From an uncultured Chloroflexia bacterium (GTDB lineage Bacteria; Chloroflexota; Limnocylindria; Limnocylindrales; CSP1-4): a DNA stretch of 64,000 nt. Positions 57,823 to 64,000 of this stretch are shown here, one piece after another. The stretch's first letter is position 1. Each line of letters starts with the position of its first letter. Location: NCBI GenBank assembly GCA_963712735.1, contig CAVQIZ010000005.1, positions 490,535 to 554,534 of the forward strand, given 5' to 3'. The notes beneath the pieces were generated by a model. It saw only the letters and a list, made by a program, of their open reading frames with translations. It did no database searches and was not told the DNA's origin. Position numbers and translations under genes: made by a program.

Positions 57823-58148
57823 TCGCCATTCCCCCCTGCTCCGGCCGTTGGATGAGTGTCGGTCTCCCTACAGTGCATCAGGCTACAGAAGCCTTGATGG
57901 GAAGCTACCAGACGATAGGCCCGAACTCACACTCGAACCCGGCGACGCTCATTCGGTTGCTGGCGGCAACACGATCACATCAGTGGGATACCGCCCACGA
58001 CGATCCGACCGTAGTGCTCGCGCATGTTGTCCTGCTGCTGGCCGGCCAAGTCGTGCGAGGCGAACCCAGGCGTCGTCGAGGAGACTTGACCTCGCGCCCT
58101 TCAGTGTGCTCGTGTGCGGTCGTCTTGGCTCGCGTTCGAGCCTCGGGA

Positions 58149-59153
58149 TCAATACCCGGTTCCGGTTCCCGCCTCCGCAAGGAGTACCGCTCAGCCTCGA
58201 GGTAGTTCTCGTTCATCGCTCTGGTCTCCAAATAGGTCATGAGGAGTCGGCTGACCGGCACGCGCGCACTGATGAGCAGGCGCCTCCGCCGCTCAGAGTC
58301 GCCCGCAAGGTGACTTCGCGCAACCGCCTCATCGAACGTCATGGAGACGAGCGTGTATCGACGGCCGGCATCGGGCGGGCCGTCCGCTGAGATGCCGCGC
58401 CACAGAAGCACCCGCTCCTGACCCAGCTGCACGAAGAGCGCCCGCAGGAACGCGAGCCGGGTGCACACATGGGTCGCCCGATGCTTGCGAGACCATGCAC
58501 CCTCGAAGGTGGCCGGGTCCCGCACGATGGTGCCCGCGTACGCAGCAAGACCGAGCTCGGCGATGACGATGCGGTGCCCCTTGACGATCTCGCCCGCGTA
58601 CGGATGGCAGACGAACTGCCGAGTGAAGGCCTGGTCCATCTCCCACAGACCTCGGTCCCGCATGAATGACTCGAGGTCCGCCATCAGCAACTCGTCCCCG
58701 CGACGCGTGGCCGGGTCCGGCAGCGGCCGCTGCGAGGCGAGGAAGCGCGAATGCACACCCAGCCAGGTGTCGGCACGCGCCGTCAGTTCGCCGATCCATC
58801 CCTCCGTTTCGCGGCGGTCGTTCAGGTCAGGTTCCATCAGCAGCGGGCGACCGAGGCGCTCGACGATGTCCCGGAACTCGTCGATCGCCTCATCGCTGGC
58901 ACGATGCGATCCGAGGGCGAACTGGTAGTGGTCGACTGCCTCGATCGGGATCCTCCCACGTCGCCCCTGCGTCCTTGAAGGCGTCCACGCGCAAGACCAC
59001 GAAACCGGTATCGAGGTGGAGGTCGAGGATGGTCACCGGCGTCCGACGCGGGTCCAGCATGCGTCCGGTGTTGCCGATGACGAGGTGATGTAGGTCTCCG
59101 GGCTCGAACTCGGAATCTGGCGCGCTTTCGGGGTCGGTCTGGTAGATGGACAT
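58149..59153 (-). CDS. Hypothetical protein of about 335 aa with a C-terminal ADP-ribosyltransferase-like (R-S-ExE) domain; rebuilt across two 1-nt frameshifts (near 58950 and 58190)
   Basis: Joining frames gives MSIYQTDP...ATWE|IPIEAVDHYQF...LLWRGIS...LVSMTFD...RVPVSRLL...YLEAE|AVLLAEAGTGTGY*. Confidence 0.6.
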
Positions 59154-59505
59154 CGCTCGCCATGATGGTATCGGGGTGAGAGCGTGAGACGACAGAAGTC
59201 CGCATCCGCTCCCGATGGCGCCATGACGGCGGAAGCACCTGTCCCACGGCTGCGACATCTGCGCAGGCACCTACTGCTGTGGGCAGCCTTGGCATCGCCG
59301 TGGTCTCGCCGATGTGACTCGCCATGTCCACGCGCCCGACACTCGGCATCGTCCTCGGCTTGAGATCGGCCGGTCTCGCGGTCACGCTGCCCGAGCGCTG
59401 GGCCACCTTCCCGTCGGTCTTGGTGAGGACCCGGAGACGCCGGCGCTCGCCGCTGCCGGGTCGTGGCCCGGAACGGGTGGACCGAAGTGGGAGAATCGCC
59501 GTGAT

Positions 59506-59580
59506 CGCGGGAGGCGATGAGGCACGGCCCGCACCTTGGCCGCCTGAGCCGCGCCGAGCCACTGGCGAACCCGACTCGCG
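59506..59580 (+). ncRNA. c-di-GMP-II-like riboswitch, copy A (variant)
   Basis: P1 CGCGGG/CUCGCG; P2 GGC/GCC; kink-turn GAU-GA...GAG; P3 GGCACGGC/GCCGCGCC; pseudoknot CGCC/GGCG; 3' AACCCGA; TGg-GAGAAT -10 upstream and GAGGGGGG SD downstream. Confidence 0.8.
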
Positions 59581-59593
59581 TATGAGAGGGGGG

Positions 59594-59653
59594 ATGTCTC
59601 TGCACCTCTCGGGCGGGCCCTTCGAAGGCGTCGACCTAGTGCACGAGGACTGA
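59594..59653 (+). CDS. 19-aa small ORF (MSLHLSGGPFEGVDLVHED) or truncated gene downstream of riboswitch copy A
   Basis: Strong SD GAGGGGGG immediately upstream; no similarity recognised. Confidence 0.35.
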   Translation: MSLHLSGGPFEGVDLVHED

Positions 59654-59792
59654 AGGGAGACGTTCCGGGGCAAGCCGTGGACATGGCCAGCTAGCCCCGC
59701 GAGGCGTGCGCCGCAAGAAGCGGGCCGCAACTCCCCTCGAGGGTGGACCGCGGTGCTGAAGGGCTTGGCGTCGAGCGAGCGACAGAGGTGCA

Positions 59793-59866
59793 CGCGGGCG
59801 GCGACGAGGCACGGACATAGCCTTGCCGCCGGGACCGTGCTGAGCCGCTGGCGCACTCGGCCCGAG
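59793..59866 (+). ncRNA. c-di-GMP-II-like riboswitch, copy B (more divergent variant)
   Basis: P1 CGGG/CCCG; C-GGC/GCC; kink-turn GAC-GA...GAG; P3 GGCACGG/CCGUGCU; pseudoknot CGCC/GGCG; 3' CACUCGG; GAAGGGA SD then ATG 59882. Confidence 0.72.
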
Positions 59867-59881
59867 CAGAAGGGATCTGTC

Positions 59882-60613
59882 ATGCACACACTGCAGCGTT
59901 TGCTGGCGGGAGCCGTCGTCATGTCGTTGCTTGGACTGACCGGCGTCGGCGGCGCCAGCGCGGAGGACGAGGACTGGTACAGGTACGACCCGGAGTGGCC
60001 GGTGTGGCACCAGAAGGTGCGGCAGCTCGAGGCAGGGATCGCCGACAATGAGGTGGCGCAGGCGGTCACACGGGTAAGACTCGCCAGCCTCTCCGATACC
60101 TATCGCGGGGCCATCTACCGCCTCTTCAGCCCAGTAGGCTGGGCCACGAGCCTTCAGGCTGCCGAGAACCGGCTGCGCATCCTCCAGATCAAGCGCGAGT
60201 CCCTGGTAGACGAATGGGACCGCGCTCGCAACGAGGTGGTGCGTATCGAGACCGACCCGGAGCGCGAGAGGTTGGCCCAGCTGCGAATGGCAACCCGTCT
60301 GTCAGTCGGCACCGCCTACCCAGAAGACTACGGGGTCGACCCGAGCCAGTTCGTCTTCGGGCCCAACATCGGCTACAGGGTGTCGTGTGCGGCCATGAGC
60401 CGGGACGAGGGCAGAGAGGACCTGGAGATCGGCAGGAAGCCCATCGGCGCAGCTAGCCGCGAGGAGATCGCCGAAGTCATCGCAGGTCCGCTGGAGGGCT
60501 GCGTACCCAACGAGAAGTTCAACGCGAAGCTGATCATCGAGGCGATGACCGTCGATCGCCGAGAGGTCATCGCAACGTACGAGGGCACGCTGCGCACGTA
60601 TCCAGGGAGATGA
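59882..60613 (+). CDS. Secreted hypothetical protein with a coiled-coil region
   Basis: Signal peptide MHTLQRLLAGAVVMSLLGLTGVGGASA|ED; heptad-like helices (LQAAENRLRILQIKRESLVDEWDRARNEV). Confidence 0.75.
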   Translation: MHTLQRLLAGAVVMSLLGLTGVGGASAEDEDWYRYDPEWPVWHQKVRQLEAGIADNEVAQAVTRVRLASLSDTYRGAIYRLFSPVGWATSLQAAENRLRILQIKRESLVDEWDRARNEVVRIETDPERERLAQLRMATRLSVGTAYPEDYGVDPSQFVFGPNIGYRVSCAAMSRDEGREDLEIGRKPIGAASREEIAEVIAGPLEGCVPNEKFNAKLIIEAMTVDRREVIATYEGTLRTYPGR

Positions 60614-60789
60614 TCGACGGGCCCAGGCCCACCACCGGTCTGCTCCACGCGATCCCTCGTGGGGCGGGCCGCGGGAGCTCGCGCCATGCGCACGGTCTAT
60701 CAGCAGACGCACCATGGCCAACCTGGTCGGCTCAGCCGCGGCCGCGTCGGGACGGAACCGGTCGGGTCAGTCGCTCACTCATACCAGTA

Positions 60790-60862
60790 GCGGGAGGCTG
60801 CGAGGCACGGCCCGTCGATTATGGCCGCCAACCGTGCTGAGCCACCGGCGAACCCGACCCGC
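60790..60862 (+). ncRNA. c-di-GMP-II-like riboswitch, copy C (variant)
   Basis: P1 GCGGG/CCCGC; A-GGC/GCC; kink-turn UGC-GA...GAG; P3 GGCACGG/CCGUGCU; pseudoknot CGCC/GGCG; 3' AACCCGA; GGGGGGA SD then ATG 60884. Confidence 0.82.
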
Positions 60863-60883
60863 GCACATCTTGGGGGGACTCTC

Positions 60884-61417
60884 ATGCGTACCCAGCGACT
60901 GTGGTCGGTGGCGACGGTCACCCTGGTGCTCCTGGCCGGGCTCACCGCGGCCGCCGTGGCCCAGGAGGCAGACGAGCACGCGCTCGTCACGCACGTGACG
61001 GGGACCATCATCGGCACGTCCTACGACGACTCGATGGCGAACGTGACGTACGCGCCCGGCGACGGTCACCACGTGGAGGGCGCCCAGTACACCGAGACCA
61101 ACGTCTGGGGCGACCCACGTCTTCCCGCCGACAAGAGGATGATCCTCAACTTCACCACCTATCCGGATGGCGACGGTCAATTCATGGTCACTCACACAAG
61201 CATCCGCCTCGACGGACCGGATGGTGCGTGGGCGGGCACCGGGGTCGGCCTGGCGTACCCGGACGGCACCAGCGAGGGCCAGGACGTGCTCGTCGGCGAA
61301 GGAGCCTACGAGGGCCTCACCGCCGTGCTCTACTGCGGAACGGACATGGGCTGCAGCGGGTCCATCTTCGAGGGCCAGATGCCCGACCAGCCGGGGCCTG
61401 TACCGCCGGTCGAGTGA
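60884..61417 (+). CDS. Secreted beta-rich hypothetical protein
   Basis: Signal peptide MRTQRLWSVATVTLVLLAGLTAAAVA|QE; Gly/Thr-rich strands, LVGEGAYEGL motif. Confidence 0.78.
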   Translation: MRTQRLWSVATVTLVLLAGLTAAAVAQEADEHALVTHVTGTIIGTSYDDSMANVTYAPGDGHHVEGAQYTETNVWGDPRLPADKRMILNFTTYPDGDGQFMVTHTSIRLDGPDGAWAGTGVGLAYPDGTSEGQDVLVGEGAYEGLTAVLYCGTDMGCSGSIFEGQMPDQPGPVPPVE

Positions 61418-61462
61418 CGAGCGGACACCTGCCGGCGGAGCCGCGATGGCGTGGCCCCCCGT

Positions 61463-61663
61463 CTATGCCGCCGGACGGCTCCGGTCGTGCTGTGCCGGGC
61501 CCGCGTGGAACGCGGGGTGGCCGTCACGCGCGGCGCAGCCCTGGCTCCAGCGGTGGGTTCCGGCGCACAGGTAGCACCACGCCGTCGCCTGTGCCGGCCA
61601 GCCCGCCTTGCGCTCCTTCTGCCCGATCTCTCGTCCGTACTTGCCCGATGCGTGCTTCGTCAT
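61463..61663 (-). CDS. Possible 66-aa small protein with Cys/His motif (WCYLCAGTHRWSQGC)
   Basis: GAGGG SD 6 nt upstream of the ATG; CxxC-x3-H-x5-C pattern. Confidence 0.4.
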   Translation of the reverse strand: MTKHASGKYGREIGQKERKAGWPAQATAWCYLCAGTHRWSQGCAARDGHPAFHAGPAQHDRSRPAA

Positions 61664-61820
61664 GGCCGTCCCTCAATCGCTGCGATACCGATCCGATCGC
61701 TATCGAGATCGATGGTCCGACGGGCGGCTCCCCGCGTCATGGTCACAGCACGGCAGACTCGGACGCCCATCGATTGCCGCGATCACGCAAGGCCTGGCGG
61801 CGAGCGCCAGTGACCCAGCC

Positions 61821-62246
61821 TCAGGGCACGCGGTAGCCGCAGTCGAAGCATTCGAAGGCGGACGGCCTGCGACGCCAGCGCGCCACGCTGAACAGCAGCA
61901 CGCCGATGAGGATCGCGACCAGCGCGATGGTGGAGAGATTGGCGCCCAGGATGCCGGTGTCGCCGCCGACGTAGACGATGATCAGCGAGACGATGCCGAT
62001 GAGCATGAACATGCCTGACCAGAAGAGGTTCTCCTCGGCATCACTGCGGATCGTCTGCATGCGGTAGCCACCGCAGTTGGGGCACTGGACGCCGGACGCA
62101 TCACGACCGCTGCGGAAGACCGCCAGCGCAGCCTCCCGCCGCGCGTCCAGGCTGCCGTAACCAGCCGAGCCAGCAAGGGACACGCCGCAGCGCGAGCAGA
62201 ACGCGGCGTCGGGTGTGACCGTGGCACCACAACGACCACAGCGCAT
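61821..62246 (-). CDS. Membrane protein with an N-terminal zinc ribbon and a CxxC-2TM-CxxC split zinc site
   Basis: CGRC-x10-CSRC, then CPNC, two TM helices, then CFDC at the C-terminus. Confidence 0.7.
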   Translation of the reverse strand: MRCGRCGATVTPDAAFCSRCGVSLAGSAGYGSLDARREAALAVFRSGRDASGVQCPNCGGYRMQTIRSDAEENLFWSGMFMLIGIVSLIIVYVGGDTGILGANLSTIALVAILIGVLLFSVARWRRRPSAFECFDCGYRVP

Positions 62247-62506
62247 CAGGGAGGCCTCCCGTCGTCCCATGTCACCCGTGCCGGCCAGCGAGCCCGCTCG
62301 GATGCGACCCAGGCCACCGTGGGCTTGGCGTCCCGCGCGCTCCGATCGCCCGGCCGCTGCTGGCGCGCCGGTGCAGGACCAGGAGCAACGAGGTGGCAGC
62401 ACTCACGCGTGACCCTCCCGGATGCGGACACTCACATGATGCGCTCGCCACCCGCACAAGGGAAGCCGGCAGCCCCATGACGACCTGCGGGGTACCATCG
62501 GCGACA

Positions 62507-64000
62507 GTGGACACCAAGACAGAGGAACCTCGTCAGGCCCCTCGCGGCGACCCGGATGCAGCACAGCGCAGACTCGATGAAGCGCAGCGCAGCGCCATGG
62601 GCGACATGCCCTCGACGGAGCTTCGGGCCGCGCTGCACGAGATGGCCGACATGGTGGCCGACTACCTCGACGGCGTCGAGGACTACGCCGTCCTGCCGCA
62701 CGTCCGCCCCGGCGAGCTGAGCGACCGACTCGGCGGCCCCGCGCCGGAGGACCCCGAACCGCTCGAGGACATCCTGCGCGACCTGCGCACCGACGTGATC
62801 CCCAACGTCACGCACTGGCAGAGCCCGAACAACATGGCCTACTTCAGCTCCACGGCCTCCGGCATCGGCATCCTCGGTGAGCTCATCAGCAGCGGACTCA
62901 ACTCCAATGCATTCATCTGGCGTGTCTCGCCGGTGGGGACGGAGCTGGAAGGCATCACCATCGCCTGGCTACGCCAGGGACTGGGGTTGCCGGACGACTT
63001 CGACGGCGTCTTCAACGACACCGCCTCGATCAGCACCCTCTCCGGGCTCGCCTGTGCCCGCCAACAGGCCACCGGCAACGCTTCGCAGGCAGGCCTGCGC
63101 GCTTCGCGCACCGCTGCGCATCTACATCTCCTCGCAAGCCCATTCATCGGTCGAGCGTGCGGCCATGATCCTGGGCATCGGCCGAGACGGCGTGCGCGCT
63201 GTCGAGGTCGACCGAGCAGCTCGCCATGGACCCGGGTGCGCTCCGCACGGCCATCGCGGAGGACCGCGCCGCGGGCTGGCTGCCGGCGGGCATCGTGGCC
63301 ACCATCGGCACCACCTCGACCACCGCCATCGACCCCGTCGAGGCGATCGCCGACGTCGCCGCGGACGAGGGTCTGTGGCTGCACGTCGATGCCGCCTACT
63401 CCGGCCCCGTCGCCCTGATTCCGGGGATGCGACAGCTCTTCGCCGGCTGGGAGCGTGCGGATTCGATCGTGGTCAACCCGCACAAGTGGATGTTCACCCC
63501 GTTCGATTGCTCGCTGCTGCTGACCCGCAAGATGGAGACGCTGCGGGCGGCACTCAGCCTCGTCCCCGAGTACCTGCGCGCCTACGACGGCAAGGTGGGC
63601 GCACGGGACTACTCCGAGTACGTGCCACAGCTGGGCCGCAAGGCACGCGGCATCAAGATGTGGATGCAGCTGCGCTACTTCGGCCTGTCGGGCCTGCGCC
63701 ACCGGCTGCAGCAGCATCTTGACCTGGCCCAGGAGCTCGCCGGCTGGATCGAGCGGGATACCGATGCGCAGCTGCTCTACCCGGTGCCACTCGGAACGGT
63801 CTGCTTCCGCATGCGACCGGCGCGCTTCGCCGGCAGGGAAGGGGAGCCGGTGGTGGCCGCGGCCATCGACGGGCTCAACGAGGCGGTGATGAACCACGTC
63901 AACGACTCCGGTGAGATCTTCCTGTCGCACACGAAGATCGACGGCACCTTCGTGCTGCGCCTCGCCATCGGCAACATCCGCACCGAACGGCGCCACGTCG
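62507..64000 (+). CDS. Group II PLP-dependent decarboxylase (aromatic-L-amino-acid decarboxylase-like); partial, frameshifts near 63105 and 63210
   Basis: HWQSPNNMAYF, SPVGTELE, SQAHSSVERA, ATIGTTST, HVDAAY, NPHKW (PLP Lys), LRLAIGN; TACCAT 8 nt upstream of GTG 62507. Confidence 0.9.

Noticed and set aside
59230-59480. Open frames on both strands between the ART-like gene and riboswitch copy A
   Set aside because: No convincing start or SD and no recognisable motif; may be promoter region or a gene remnant.
56648-64000. Integrative element with attL/attR at tRNA-Pro
   Set aside because: No duplication of the tRNA 3' end and no integrase found by eye within the window; it could lie beyond it.
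1-64000. Many long overlapping or antisense ORFs in the track (e.g. 13284-15287 -, 26937-28940 -, 30522-32453 -, 34451-36703 -, 38341-40194 -)
   Set aside because: They are shadows of real genes, expected from stop-codon scarcity at high GC; they have no recognisable motifs and are Arg/Ala/Gly/Pro-biased.
1-64000. CRISPR array, rRNA, IS elements
   Set aside because: No regularly spaced direct repeats, rRNA-like sequence, transposase motifs or terminal inverted repeats seen. The three ~75-nt repeats at 59.5-60.9 kb are diverged, irregularly spaced and structured like riboswitches.

Overview
A high-GC bacterial window of mostly housekeeping genes. The gene order and the unusual proteins suggest Chloroflexota, possibly Limnocylindria/Ellin6529-like (inference). 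From 1 to 56.7 kb the order is: comM(yifB)-dprA-topA-xerC-murJ-2x femABX-like-murE; rel-hisS-femABX-like-aspS; typA-cysteine desulfurase-mnmA; alaS-(FtsA-like ATPase)-(membrane-anchored baseplate-J-like protein)-ruvX-mltG-efp-xseAB-dxs-tlyA-nadK-xerD; scpAB-rluB-cmk-2x plsC; ispH-der-gpsA; tRNA-Pro(GGG). After the tRNA lies an accessory region of about 6 kb. It holds an FkbM methyltransferase, a frameshifted protein with an R-S-ExE ADP-ribosyltransferase-like C-terminus, several secreted or small unknown proteins, and a group II PLP decarboxylase that runs off the window end. The most notable signal is three related ~75-nt structured RNAs (59506-59580, 59793-59866, 60790-60862), each just upstream of a ribosome-binding site. 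They have the architecture of class II c-di-GMP riboswitches (P1, kink-turn, pseudoknot), but all three carry C where the reference RNA has the ligand-intercalating A, and one also has an apparent A/A to C/G covariation. They are candidate variant riboswitches with altered ligand specificity, controlling unknown secreted proteins. Many 1-2 nt frameshifts after about 36.6 kb hit essential genes and are probably assembly errors. I saw no CRISPR array, rRNA, transposase or prophage.
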